A stretch of DNA of 64,000 bases from Nitrososphaerota archaeon (lineage in GTDB: Archaea; Thermoproteota; Nitrososphaeria_A; Caldarchaeales; Calditenuaceae), in the NCBI GenBank assembly GCA_033581555.1, contig JAVQSZ010000005.1, forward strand, positions 32,001-96,000, in the 5' to 3' direction. Below, piece by piece: positions 49,308 to 58,860 of the stretch (positions are counted from its first letter, which is position 1; each line of letters opens with the position of its first letter). Both the position numbers and the translations under genes were made by a program. The notes beneath the pieces are model-generated. The model saw only the letters and a list, made by a program, of their open reading frames with translations. It was not told the origin of the DNA and ran no database searches.

Positions 49308-50639
49308 TTGCAGGACGACGTGGTCAGCGTCACCAGGGCCCACCTCTTCGGGACCTGGAGGAAGCAGAGGGGGTGGACGCCCCTCAATGCCGTGAAGGGA
49401 GAGGGCTGCTACGTCCTCGACGCCTCGGGGAGGTCGATCCTGGACTTCTCCTCGATGCTGGTCTGCGTCAACCTCGGGTACTCGAACAGGGCGATAGCCG
49501 AAGCCGTAGCGTCGCAGATAGGCACGCTGCCTTACGTGATCCCCTCCATGACCACCGTCGTGAAGGCCGAGGTCGCCCGGCTCCTGAAGGAGGTCCTGCC
49601 CGAGGGCCTCGAGAAGTTCTTCTTCTCGACTTCAGGGACAGACGCGGTAGAGGCCGCGATCAAGATCGCGAGGCTCAAGACCGGCAGGCCCAAAATCCTC
49701 TCGAGGTACTTCTCCTACCACGGGTCCACGAGCGGCTCGATCGCGGCCAGCGGCGAGGTGAGGAGGTGGTTCGTCGAGCACTTCGGGAAGGCCGGAGACG
49801 TCGTCTTCGCACCGCCGCCTTACTGCTACAGGTGCCCGTTCAAGCTGAAGTACCCCGAGTGCGGCATCGCCTGCGTCGAGGTGATCGACCACATCATCAA
49901 GAACGAGTTCGGGATAGCCGGGATCATCTTCGAGCCTGTGGTGGGCACGAACGGCGTGATAGTCCCTCCCGAGGGTTACATGGAGAGGCTACAGGAAATA
50001 GCGAGGGAGAACGACGTCCTCCTCATCGACGACGAGGTGATGACGGGATGGTTCAGGACCGGGAAGTGGTTCGCGGTCGAGCACTGGGGCGTCAAGCCCG
50101 ACATACTCGTCACCGCGAAGGGTCTCACCTCCGCGTACGTCCCGCTCGCGCTCACAGCAGTCAGCAGGGAGATCGCGGAGCACTTCGAGGACAACTTCTT
50201 CGCGCACGGCCACACCTACGAGGCTCATCCGGTGGGGCTGGCGGCCGCTAAGGCAGCGATCCAGGAGTACAGGAGGCTCAGGATCTGGGAGAACGTCGAG
50301 AGGGTCGGGAGGTACTTGGGCAGGAGGCTGAGGGAGCTGGAGGAGAGGCACCGGTCGGTGGGTGAGGTGAGGGGAATCGGGATGTTCTGGGCAATCGACC
50401 TGACCAGGGACAGGAACACGAGGGAACCCTTCAGCGTCTACGCCGATAAGTACGCGGGGAACTCGACGATGGCCGAGAGGTTGGCGGCAGAAGCGCTCAA
50501 GCGCGGAGTCTACCTCCTCGGCTACGTCAACAACCTCGTGATCGCCCCTCCCCTCATCGCCACCGAGGCCGACGTCGACAGGGGAGTTGATGTCCTGGAC
50601 GAGGTCCTCAGGGTCTCGGACCAGGAGGCGAGGGGCTGA
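49308..50639 (+). CDS. Class III PLP-dependent aminotransferase
   Basis: SYHG, EPVVG, DEVMTGWFRTG, PDILVTAKGLTS, HGHTY. Confidence 0.95.
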   Translation: MQDDVVSVTRAHLFGTWRKQRGWTPLNAVKGEGCYVLDASGRSILDFSSMLVCVNLGYSNRAIAEAVASQIGTLPYVIPSMTTVVKAEVARLLKEVLPEGLEKFFFSTSGTDAVEAAIKIARLKTGRPKILSRYFSYHGSTSGSIAASGEVRRWFVEHFGKAGDVVFAPPPYCYRCPFKLKYPECGIACVEVIDHIIKNEFGIAGIIFEPVVGTNGVIVPPEGYMERLQEIARENDVLLIDDEVMTGWFRTGKWFAVEHWGVKPDILVTAKGLTSAYVPLALTAVSREIAEHFEDNFFAHGHTYEAHPVGLAAAKAAIQEYRRLRIWENVERVGRYLGRRLRELEERHRSVGEVRGIGMFWAIDLTRDRNTREPFSVYADKYAGNSTMAERLAAEALKRGVYLLGYVNNLVIAPPLIATEADVDRGVDVLDEVLRVSDQEARG

Positions 50640-50641
50640 GC

Positions 50642-51571
50642 TCAACCGATCGATATCATCAGGTACGAGACCACTATCGAGACGTAGATCAGGGAGAAGG
50701 AGATGAGGGCGGCCACGTGCCACCTCATCCTCCTGACGTAGGAGAGGCCGGCCGCGAAGACGAGGAACGAACCCACCTGGGAGACCACTAGGACCAGGTT
50801 CGCGGTGACGCTGTTCGGGAGCGGGAAGGTAGCCTCGAACTGCCCGAGCCTCATGACCCTATCGACGAAGGCCGCAGCGGGGTAGAGCGACATCGGGAGG
50901 AGCCCGAGCGGCAACAGGGCCAGCATCTGCCTCCACTGACCCCCGAACGTGATCAGCGACGCGAGGAGGCCCTTCACCCCCTTGAACCTGTCGGGCGTCC
51001 GGCCCGAGAGCCGCTCGTAGAGCTCCGAGAGGGCCGAGAAGTACCCGTAGGTGAGGAGGGCCGTGGCCGCGAGGCATACCGCGAGCCCGTCGACTGAGAA
51101 GTGCCTGAACTTGTAGACGTGGAGTATCAGGAGGACGAACTTGCCGTTGAGCAGGAGCGCCACTAGCACCGCCGCGGAGAGGGCCGCCGTCAGCGCCCCG
51201 AACCTCGGCCTTTCGACGAAAGGGCTGATCAGCCACGTGGGGACGAAGACCTGGCTCAGCAGCTCAATTGCCCTGCTCCGCCTCTGGTCAATCTCCTCGA
51301 ACGAGAGGTCTTCCCTCGTCTTGAGGTACCTATAGACCTGCTCCCCAAGCTTGGTGAGGACGTAGTTCCGCTTGTCGTCCTGAGCGACGAGGTCCCTCAG
51401 CTGCCTGAGGTTGTAGTAGAGGGAGCCCGTGCTTATCCCGAGCTTCTCCCTCAAGGCCACCGCGCCTATCTTCCCGGAGTCGCCGACGACCTCGATGATC
51501 CTCCGCCTTATGCGGTGCCGGAGCAGCCACAAGAGCTCCCTCTCGTCGATGCCTTCGGCCAAAATCTTCAC
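50642..51571 (-). CDS. Winged-helix transcription regulator fused to a multi-pass membrane domain
   Basis: HRIRRRIIE...LGISTGSLYYNLRQL...YVLTKLG, then about 5 hydrophobic helices. Confidence 0.8.
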   Translation of the reverse strand: MKILAEGIDERELLWLLRHRIRRRIIEVVGDSGKIGAVALREKLGISTGSLYYNLRQLRDLVAQDDKRNYVLTKLGEQVYRYLKTREDLSFEEIDQRRSRAIELLSQVFVPTWLISPFVERPRFGALTAALSAAVLVALLLNGKFVLLILHVYKFRHFSVDGLAVCLAATALLTYGYFSALSELYERLSGRTPDRFKGVKGLLASLITFGGQWRQMLALLPLGLLPMSLYPAAAFVDRVMRLGQFEATFPLPNSVTANLVLVVSQVGSFLVFAAGLSYVRRMRWHVAALISFSLIYVSIVVSYLMISIG

Positions 51572-51640
51572 ACCTACGGGTCACCGCGTCCGCTGGATAT
51601 TTACCGTTTATTCGGCGGGAGCTTCACGGCGGAGCTTCGC

Positions 51641-52783
51641 ATGACCTTAAGAGAAGGCGCTGGGCCTGCACTTCGGATGAAGGACGACGGGCCCGAGAAG
51701 TCGGTCTACAGGGCCGACAAGGAGAAGGAGAAGGTCCTCAGGGAGCTGAAGGCGCTCGGGACCAGGATAGTCAACGACCTGAAGAGGGGGAGATGGCCCT
51801 CGGTCGAGCTGCCGTTGAGGACGACCAAGAACATCGTCTACGACGCGGACCTCAGGCAGTACGTCCTCGGACCGAAGAAGGCGGTCAGAACCCTGAGCAA
51901 CATCAGGCACGTCAGGCCCTTCGCGCAGATGGTGTGGCTGATGAAGTTCTCAAAGCAGCTGATCGAGTCGGGGAAGACCTCGACACTCAGGGACACGTAC
52001 TACGTCGCGCTGGGCGAGAACGTCGACTTCGAGGACCAGGACGAAAGCGACGACATCATCTTGGAGCTCGAGAGCGTGCTGGGTCACCCGAGGGAGGACT
52101 TCAACATCTTCCCGGAGGAGAGGGCCTCGATATACGGGGACCTCGTGATCGAGTACACCGTCCCCGGTTTCAGGGGCAACAGGGTCGACCTATCTACGCA
52201 CCCGGACGGGTATGCGATAGGCCCGGCCCTCACGACCGCCGAGTTCGTCAGGTGCGGGGCCGAGATGGTCTTCGTGATCGAGAAGGGCGCGGTCTTCAGC
52301 AGGTTCGTCGAGGAGAGGGCCGACAAGAAGTTCAAGGCGCTGCTGATCCACACCGCGGGCCAGTCTCCGAGGAACTGCAGGAAGCTGATCAGGAGGCTGA
52401 GGGAGGAGCTGGACCTCCCAATCTACGTCTTCGCCGACGCCGACCCCTACGGCGTCCACATAGCCTCGGTCCTAATCCACGGCTCCGCGCTCTCCGCCCA
52501 CATCAAGCAGCTCAACGTCCCCGACGCGATCTGGGCAGGCGTCTACGCCACGGACATCACGAAGTACAAGCTGCCCTCGATGAAGTTCACTGACGTCGAC
52601 GAGAAGAGGCTCTCTGAGCTCCTGGAGGACCCCAGGTACCAGGCCGACCCGTGGAGAAGGGAGGTGAAGTACTTCGAGAAGCTGAAGAGGAAGGCGGAGC
52701 TCGAGGCCTTCTCGAAGTACGGGCTCGAGTTCATCGTGAAGGACTTCCTCCCGGAGAGGCTCGCGGAGCTCCAGAAGCGGTGA
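51641..52783 (+). CDS. top6A: DNA topoisomerase VI subunit A
   Basis: TLRDTYY (catalytic Tyr), QDESD, IEKG, DADPYG, KAELEA; the start may instead be ATG 51677. Confidence 0.95.
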   Translation: MTLREGAGPALRMKDDGPEKSVYRADKEKEKVLRELKALGTRIVNDLKRGRWPSVELPLRTTKNIVYDADLRQYVLGPKKAVRTLSNIRHVRPFAQMVWLMKFSKQLIESGKTSTLRDTYYVALGENVDFEDQDESDDIILELESVLGHPREDFNIFPEERASIYGDLVIEYTVPGFRGNRVDLSTHPDGYAIGPALTTAEFVRCGAEMVFVIEKGAVFSRFVEERADKKFKALLIHTAGQSPRNCRKLIRRLREELDLPIYVFADADPYGVHIASVLIHGSALSAHIKQLNVPDAIWAGVYATDITKYKLPSMKFTDVDEKRLSELLEDPRYQADPWRREVKYFEKLKRKAELEAFSKYGLEFIVKDFLPERLAELQKR

Positions 52784-52819
52784 GTTATTAGGCCGGCGGG
52801 ACGATCGCACGTCAGGGTA

Positions 52820-53629
52820 TTGGTGCTGAGGTTCGCGGGCGAGAGGCCGGCGGTCCTGATAGAGAGCTCGGGGAGGAGGTACCTGCTGGTCACGGACGTC
52901 CACCTCGGCTACGAGCTGGAGCTCGCGGCTAAGGGCGTAAGGGTCCCTCCTCAGGCCCCTAAGGTCACCAGGCAACTGCTCGAGCTGGGCGAGGAGTCTG
53001 GAGCCGAGGTGCTGGTCCTCTTGGGAGACATCAAGCACAGGGTCACCGGAGTCAGCTGGAGTGAGGAGGTGGGCGTGAGGACGATGCTCTCAGAGCTAAG
53101 CAGGAGGTTCGAGGAGGTGGTGGTCCTCCCTGGGAACCACGACGCGGGCATCTCGGAGCTCGCGAAGGACACGGCGAGGCTCGCGGGGAGCAGGGGCATC
53201 AGGATCGGGGGCTACTGGGTGATGCACGGCCACACCTGGCCCCTCCCCGAGTCGCTGGACGTCGACGCCTACGTCATCGGACACACTCACCCGACCGCGG
53301 TGATCAGGACGCCCGAGGGGGACCTCAGAATGAGGGTGAACCTGGTCCTGAAGGGCTCGAGGTCCAGGCTCGCGAGGGCGATCGCCGAGAGGCCCGGTTA
53401 CGCCGAGGTCCTCGAGGTGATGAGGCCGAGGGGGACGGTCAAGCTGCTAGTGCTCGCGCACTTCAGCCCCATGGCTCCCGGCGTCGACGTGGCGGAGCTC
53501 CCCGGTTCGCGGAGGACCAGCCCGCTTTTGAGGTCCGGCGCCTTCGACGTCGCGGAGGCCGAAGTCCTGAGCACGTCGGGCGAGCTGCTCGGGAGGTTGA
53601 CGGAGCTTGGGGTCGAGGAGGAGGCTTGA
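52820..53629 (+). CDS. Calcineurin-like metallophosphoesterase
   Basis: DVHLG, LGDIKH, GNHD, HGH, GHTHP. Confidence 0.92.
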   Translation: MVLRFAGERPAVLIESSGRRYLLVTDVHLGYELELAAKGVRVPPQAPKVTRQLLELGEESGAEVLVLLGDIKHRVTGVSWSEEVGVRTMLSELSRRFEEVVVLPGNHDAGISELAKDTARLAGSRGIRIGGYWVMHGHTWPLPESLDVDAYVIGHTHPTAVIRTPEGDLRMRVNLVLKGSRSRLARAIAERPGYAEVLEVMRPRGTVKLLVLAHFSPMAPGVDVAELPGSRRTSPLLRSGAFDVAEAEVLSTSGELLGRLTELGVEEEA

Positions 53630-53930
53630 GCCCGAGGAGGAGGCGAGGAGGCTCGCGGAGGAGGGAAGGGTCAAGCGGTACGTCTTCAGGCCGAGCGGCC
53701 GCGTCGTCTGGGTCGTGGTGGGCAGGAGGAGGGAGTACATCGTGATGCCCGAGGTGAACTACTGCACCTGCGACGACTACTACTTCAGGGTGATCAAGGG
53801 TCAGAAGCCCTCTTGCTACCACATAGCAGCCGTGAGGACCGCGATCTCGGAGGGGAGCTACGTCGATGTCGAGGAGGAGGACAGGTGGTTCTGGCACCTC
53901 CTCGACGAGTGGCTCGATTGGAGCGGGTGA
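53626..53930 (+). CDS. SWIM zinc-finger protein (SWS1/ZSWIM7-like)
   Basis: PSGRVVWVVVG, YCTCDDY...CYHIAAV; TTGA overlap with the upstream gene. Confidence 0.82.
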
Positions 53931-54451
53931 GCGCGCTCCGCGTAAGTCCGTGAGGAGCGAGGCCCCTCGGGTCCGGCAGAGAACCCCTTTTCGGGCCCTT
54001 CGGCCCCTTTGTAATCCCCGGGCCTCACCTTCCAGACCCAGACGAAGCTCGTGAGGAGGTTGACTGAGAAGGCGACCACGACCGCAAGGAAGTACGCGAC
54101 GAGGTGGTTCACCAGCAGGACCTTGTTCAGCAGGTAGAAGGTCGCGAGGTTGACCGCGATGCTCCCGACCCTCGAGGCGTGGAACTTCAACAGCCTGGCC
54201 GCGAACCCGTTGTTCGGGTCTCCGCCTGCGCCGAAGGTCCACCTGTCGTTGATGAGGAAGTTCGCGACGAGCGTGACCTCCGTGACTAGGGCAGCGCTGA
54301 GGAAGGACTCCGCGCCGAGCAGGTCCACCATCCCGAACATCATCGCCTCCGCGAGGACGAGCGTCGCGACCCCTACCGTCACAAACCTGTACGTCCTCCG
54401 GTCCCTAAGGAGCGCGAGCCCGTAGGACCAGGCGACCCTGAGGGCCCTCAA
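53858..54451 (-). CDS. GtrA-family membrane protein
   Basis: RFVTVG, NFLINDRWTF, RLLKFH, WVWK; TTG start overlapping the nfo stop. Confidence 0.85.
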   Translation of the reverse strand: MRALRVAWSYGLALLRDRRTYRFVTVGVATLVLAEAMMFGMVDLLGAESFLSAALVTEVTLVANFLINDRWTFGAGGDPNNGFAARLLKFHASRVGSIAVNLATFYLLNKVLLVNHLVAYFLAVVVAFSVNLLTSFVWVWKVRPGDYKGAEGPEKGFSAGPEGPRSSRTYAERAHPLQSSHSSRRCQNHLSSSSTST

Positions 54452-55299
54452 CCCGCGGGCCCCTCGTAGAGCGACCTGAGCACGCCTAGGTCCCTGGAGT
54501 AGTCGCCGCGCTCGTCCTCGGGCGTCTCGATGATCATCGGGAGCCTCCTGAGCTTCGGGTGGTTGATTATCCTCCTGAAACCTTCCTTCCCGATGTTGCC
54601 CAGGCCGATGTGCTCGTGCCTGTCGAGCCTGCTCCCGAGCCCTCCCTTCGAGTCGTTGAGGTGGAGGACCTTGAGTTCTCTGATCCCGACCAGCTCGTCG
54701 AAAGACCTGAGGGTCTCCTCGAGGCCGGTCGCGGACCTGACGTCGTAGCCGGCTGCGTAGAGGTGGCAGGTGTCGAGGCAGACTCCCACCCGATCCCCGA
54801 ACGAGAGCCTCCCGAGGATCTCCTTGATCTCCTCGAACCTCGAGCCGATGCTCCCCCTCTGACCAGCCATGTTCTCGAGGAGGAGCACGCACTTCGGGTC
54901 GGCCTCGCCGATCGCCCTCTCGACGGCCCTAACGACCTGAGACGTTCCGACCTCAACTCCCTTCCCGAGGTGGCTCCCGATGTGGCAGACGAGGTACTCG
55001 ATGCCGAGCGCGTCGCACCTCCTCAGCTCCTCGACGAGCGACCTGACCGACCTCTCCCACCCCTCCTTCACCGGCGAGGCGATGTTCGGGAGGTACGGCA
55101 TGTGGGCTACGACGACCTCGTACCGCGCCTCTCTCCTCCGCCTCCTGAACTCCTCGACCTCCTCGTCCCTCAGCTTCCCGGCCCTCCAGCCCCTGGGGTT
55201 CCTCGTGAAGATCTGGAACGTCGTACACCCGAGCTCCTGGGCCCTATCGACCGACTTCGCGATCGACCCTGCTATGGAGACGTGCGCGCCTAGCAGCAT
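54448..55299 (-). CDS. nfo: Endonuclease IV
   Basis: GAHVS, QIF, HMPYLPN, LENMAG, CLDTCH, HLNDSK, DRHEHIG, IETP. Confidence 0.96.
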   Translation of the reverse strand: MLLGAHVSIAGSIAKSVDRAQELGCTTFQIFTRNPRGWRAGKLRDEEVEEFRRRRREARYEVVVAHMPYLPNIASPVKEGWERSVRSLVEELRRCDALGIEYLVCHIGSHLGKGVEVGTSQVVRAVERAIGEADPKCVLLLENMAGQRGSIGSRFEEIKEILGRLSFGDRVGVCLDTCHLYAAGYDVRSATGLEETLRSFDELVGIRELKVLHLNDSKGGLGSRLDRHEHIGLGNIGKEGFRRIINHPKLRRLPMIIETPEDERGDYSRDLGVLRSLYEGPAG

Positions 55300-55356
55300 C
55301 CACGATCACCGGTCCCCCAGACCATAAATGCTTGTCCCGTCGGCCTGAACCGGTCC

Positions 55357-57069
55357 TCAAAGCAGGAGCGGGATCAGGAACGACGACACCATCAGCGCGA
55401 GGTAGACCGCGATCGACCTCTGCGTCAACCTGGAGAGCCTCTCGAGCGCGTTGCCGCTGAGGGCCGGGACCTCCCTGTGGGCCACCTCGACGACCGAGAC
55501 ATCGGCCTCCTCCAACGACCCCACGGCCCTCCTCGCGAGCCTCTTCAGCCTCTCCGCGACCTCCCCAGCGCCCACCGCCTCCCCTATCGTCCTGTAGCCC
55601 CTTCCGCCGAGACTGACGCCGTTCACCGCGTGCGTGTCGGTAGTGAGGAACTCCACCGCGTCCCAGCCCTCCTCCCTCACGGCCTCGACGACCGCGGGCC
55701 TCACCTCGGGCAGAGCGTTGTTCCCGTCGACCACCGCCATCGCGAGCCTGTACCCGTTCACCTCGAGCCCGAAGACCGAGAGCCCCGAGGGCCCCATTCC
55801 GTCGGTCGGTCCGATGTCCTCGGGCACCTCCCTGGCCAGCGCCACTCTCGGCCTGCCGGTCACCCGGTCAGAGCGGCCTACGAACAGCTCGAGCGCAGCC
55901 CTGATTCTGGAGAGCTCCCGATCGGAGAGGCCGTTGTAGCCGTCCATGAAGGAGTTGTGCGGGTCGATCACCCTGACGCCCACGCCGGAGAAGGGCTCCT
56001 CGAGGGACTTGGGGAAGTCCTCCATCGGCATCGGGTGGAGCGTGGCCACGACGAACGTCCTCCCGCAGGCCTCGAAGCCCGTCACCGTGACGCCGTCGAC
56101 CTCGCGCTGGGGCAGGATCGACGCGGTCCGGGAAGGAGTTCCTTTGTGACTCGCGACGGTGTCCGCGACCTCGGTCACGACCCTCATCACGGAGCCCGAG
56201 TCGGCGACGTCCGCGTCGTGCCCTGCGCACCCCTTCACCACCAGGGCCTCGACGCCGCGCCTCGAGAGCTCCAGCTCGACCTGGTAGTTCAGCATCGAGC
56301 TCCCGACGTTCCTGAAGGGTCCGAAGTGGAAGTCGGTCACGACCAGAGCTAGCCTCCTTCCGGAGGAGGTCCTGAAGACCACCGCGGTCGACGCGAAGTC
56401 CCTCCTCCCCGAGAGGTGCACCAGCTCCCGCTCGAGGTGGCCCGAGTCTCCCGCGAGGACCGTCCTCGCGAAGCCCCTCGCTAGCCTGAGGGGCGTGGTC
56501 CCGGAGAAGCCAGTGGAGAGCGCTGCTAACGAGGCGGCGGGCGCGAGGAGCGTAGCGGCGAGCGAGACAACGACCTGGTAGTGGAGCTCGGGCCGCGGCA
56601 GCGCGACCGAGTACCTCACTAGAGCCTCGGCCACGCCGGCGGCGTAGCCCCTGATGGGCCCCTCAAAAGCCGCGAGGACCGTGACCCTGACGTACCCGGA
56701 GAGCGAGACCGACGCGAGATAGGCCTTCCAGGTCCCCTGATCGCCCTGGGCTAGGACCGAGTAGCCCGTGCCCGCCAGGGAGGCCGCGAGCCCGAAGTAG
56801 TTCTCGAGGAGGGTGAGCATGTTGAGCCTCCTGAGCGTGACCACCCTCGACCCCGCGTAAAAGGTCCTCGAGGAGACCAGGTTGACGACCATCGGGAGGA
56901 TGGCCATCGACGAGGCCCAGGCGACCAGTTCGGTCGGGGAGAGGGCGGCCAGCTCGACGACCAGCGCGGTCACGAGGGCCGTCGCGAGGACCAAAAGGGG
57001 GGCGAAGTCTGCGCCTGGGGGCCTGAAGAGGAACCTGTACTTAGATGCGATCCCCGAGGCGTCGACCAA
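55357..57069 (-). CDS. DUF2070-family membrane protein
   Basis: N-terminal TM region; HFGPFRNVGSS, IDPHN, DGNN, TTDTH. Confidence 0.82.
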   Translation of the reverse strand: MVDASGIASKYRFLFRPPGADFAPLLVLATALVTALVVELAALSPTELVAWASSMAILPMVVNLVSSRTFYAGSRVVTLRRLNMLTLLENYFGLAASLAGTGYSVLAQGDQGTWKAYLASVSLSGYVRVTVLAAFEGPIRGYAAGVAEALVRYSVALPRPELHYQVVVSLAATLLAPAASLAALSTGFSGTTPLRLARGFARTVLAGDSGHLERELVHLSGRRDFASTAVVFRTSSGRRLALVVTDFHFGPFRNVGSSMLNYQVELELSRRGVEALVVKGCAGHDADVADSGSVMRVVTEVADTVASHKGTPSRTASILPQREVDGVTVTGFEACGRTFVVATLHPMPMEDFPKSLEEPFSGVGVRVIDPHNSFMDGYNGLSDRELSRIRAALELFVGRSDRVTGRPRVALAREVPEDIGPTDGMGPSGLSVFGLEVNGYRLAMAVVDGNNALPEVRPAVVEAVREEGWDAVEFLTTDTHAVNGVSLGGRGYRTIGEAVGAGEVAERLKRLARRAVGSLEEADVSVVEVAHREVPALSGNALERLSRLTQRSIAVYLALMVSSFLIPLLL

Positions 57070-57132
57070 CCCGGCCGGCCACGAAGAGCGCTCACTATAT
57101 CCATGACGTCACCGCCCCCGCAGTGAGTCAGA

Positions 57133-58860
57133 TCACTTCAGCGGGTGTCCCTTCAGGTCTATGACGGGCTTCGGCGAGAAGCCAGGGGGGTATATCGTCT
57201 CCTCGAGCGGCCTGCCGGGAGGGACCATCGGGAAGACCTTCTCGTCCCTGCTGACCGGGACGTCCAGGACCAGGGCCTGCTCGCTCCTGATGGCCCTCCT
57301 GACGTGGGAGACCAGCTCGCCGTAGTCCTGGACGAAGTGGGCCTCCACCCCGAACGCCTCCGAGAGCTTGACGAGGTTCGTGACGTCGGTGAAGTCGACG
57401 TCCTTGAACCTCCTCTTATAGAAGAGGTCCTGCCACTGCCTGACCATCCCGAGGCTCCTGTTGTCGAAGACCACCGTGATCACGGGGACGTCGTTCTCGG
57501 CCACGTTCGCGAGCGTCTGGCAGGTCATCAGGAAGCTACCGTCGCCGTCGAGGTTCATGACCACCCTGTTCGGCGCTGCGACCTTCGCCCCGAACGCCGC
57601 CGGGAGCCCGAAGCCCATCGTACCGAGCCCGGCGCTGGTGATGAACGTCCCCGGCTCGAGGACCTTGTAGAAGAGCTGGGCCCACATCTGGTGCTGCCCG
57701 ACGCCGGTCGTCACGATCGCGGACCTCGGGAGCTCGTCCCTGAGGAGCTTGACGACCCTCCAGGAGGATAGCGCACCGGAGTCGTCCTGGGAGAGCATGT
57801 ACTCGTCGTAGGCGGCACCGATCCCCTTCAGCCTCGGTATCCAACCGGGGTCCACGTCGGACCTCCCCGACCTGATCGCCCTCAGGAGCGACCTCAGCGC
57901 AGCCTTGCAGTCCGCCTGGACGAAGACGTCGGGCCTGACGACCTTCGAGTTCTCCGAGGAGTCAACGTCGACATGTATCAGGGCCTTGCCCTTCCTGAAC
58001 TCGCTCGCGGGGCCAATGGCCCTATCCGAGAGCCTCGTACCCACCGCGATCACGAGGTCCGCCTCCACCATCGCGAGGTTCGCCTCGACCCTCCCGTGCA
58101 TCCCCACCACGCCGAGCACGTTCATGTGGTCCTCGGGTACGGAGGTCTTCCCGGGCGTGGTTGTCACCACAGGGGCCAGGATCCTCTCGGAGAGCTCGAG
58201 GACTTCGTCAGTGGCGCCGCTCGACCAGACCCCTCCGCCAACGAGTATCAGCGGCCTCCTCGACCTGGCGATCAGCTCCGCGGCCCTCGAGACCGCTTCC
58301 TCGCTCGGCTCCGTCGGCGTCCTCGCGAAGCCCGGCTCGGGCTCGACCGTCAGCTCCTCGCCCACTTCCTCTTGGAAGACGTCCCTTGGAACGTCGACCA
58401 GTGTCGGGCCCGCCCGCGGAGACGCGGCGCAGAAGTAGGCGTTCACGAACTCCTGGGGGAGCCTCTCGGACCGGAGTACGGTCGTCGCGTACTTAACGTG
58501 CGGCAGGACCATGCTCACGATGTCCGACTCCTGGAACGCGTCGGTGCCCATGAAGGGCCTCGTCACCTGCCCGGTTACAGCGACGAGGGGCGCGCTGTCC
58601 ATCGAGGCGTTCACCAGCCCCGTGATCAGGTTCGTGGCCCCCGGTCCCGAGGTCGCGGACGCGATCCCGGGCCTCCTCTTCACCCTGGCGTACCCCTCTG
58701 CCGCGTGGGCAGCTTGCTGCTCGTGCCTCATCAGGTAGCTCCTGATCTCCGAGTCGAGGAGCGCGTCGTAGAAGGGGAGGTTCGCGCCCCCGGGTATCCC
58801 GAAGACAGCCTCGACCCCGAGCTCCTCCATCGTCCTCACGAGCTTCTTGGCCGCGTTCAG
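57133..58860 (-). CDS. ilvB: Acetolactate synthase large subunit, probable CTG start
   Basis: FGIPGG, RHEQ, TSGPGATN, GVGQHQMW, GDGSF...N (ThDP motif), MVRQWQ. Confidence 0.95.
   Translation of the reverse strand: MNAAKKLVRTMEELGVEAVFGIPGGANLPFYDALLDSEIRSYLMRHEQQAAHAAEGYARVKRRPGIASATSGPGATNLITGLVNASMDSAPLVAVTGQVTRPFMGTDAFQESDIVSMVLPHVKYATTVLRSERLPQEFVNAYFCAASPRAGPTLVDVPRDVFQEEVGEELTVEPEPGFARTPTEPSEEAVSRAAELIARSRRPLILVGGGVWSSGATDEVLELSERILAPVVTTTPGKTSVPEDHMNVLGVVGMHGRVEANLAMVEADLVIAVGTRLSDRAIGPASEFRKGKALIHVDVDSSENSKVVRPDVFVQADCKAALRSLLRAIRSGRSDVDPGWIPRLKGIGAAYDEYMLSQDDSGALSSWRVVKLLRDELPRSAIVTTGVGQHQMWAQLFYKVLEPGTFITSAGLGTMGFGLPAAFGAKVAAPNRVVMNLDGDGSFLMTCQTLANVAENDVPVITVVFDNRSLGMVRQWQDLFYKRRFKDVDFTDVTNLVKLSEAFGVEAHFVQDYGELVSHVRRAIRSEQALVLDVPVSRDEKVFPMVPPGRPLEETIYPPGFSPKPVIDLKGHPLK

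Noticed and set aside
53858-54030. Long hydrophilic GtrA tail overlapping the SWIM gene, with GC-rich short repeats
   Set aside because: Most simply a lost stop codon in a convergent junction; no convincing sRNA boxes
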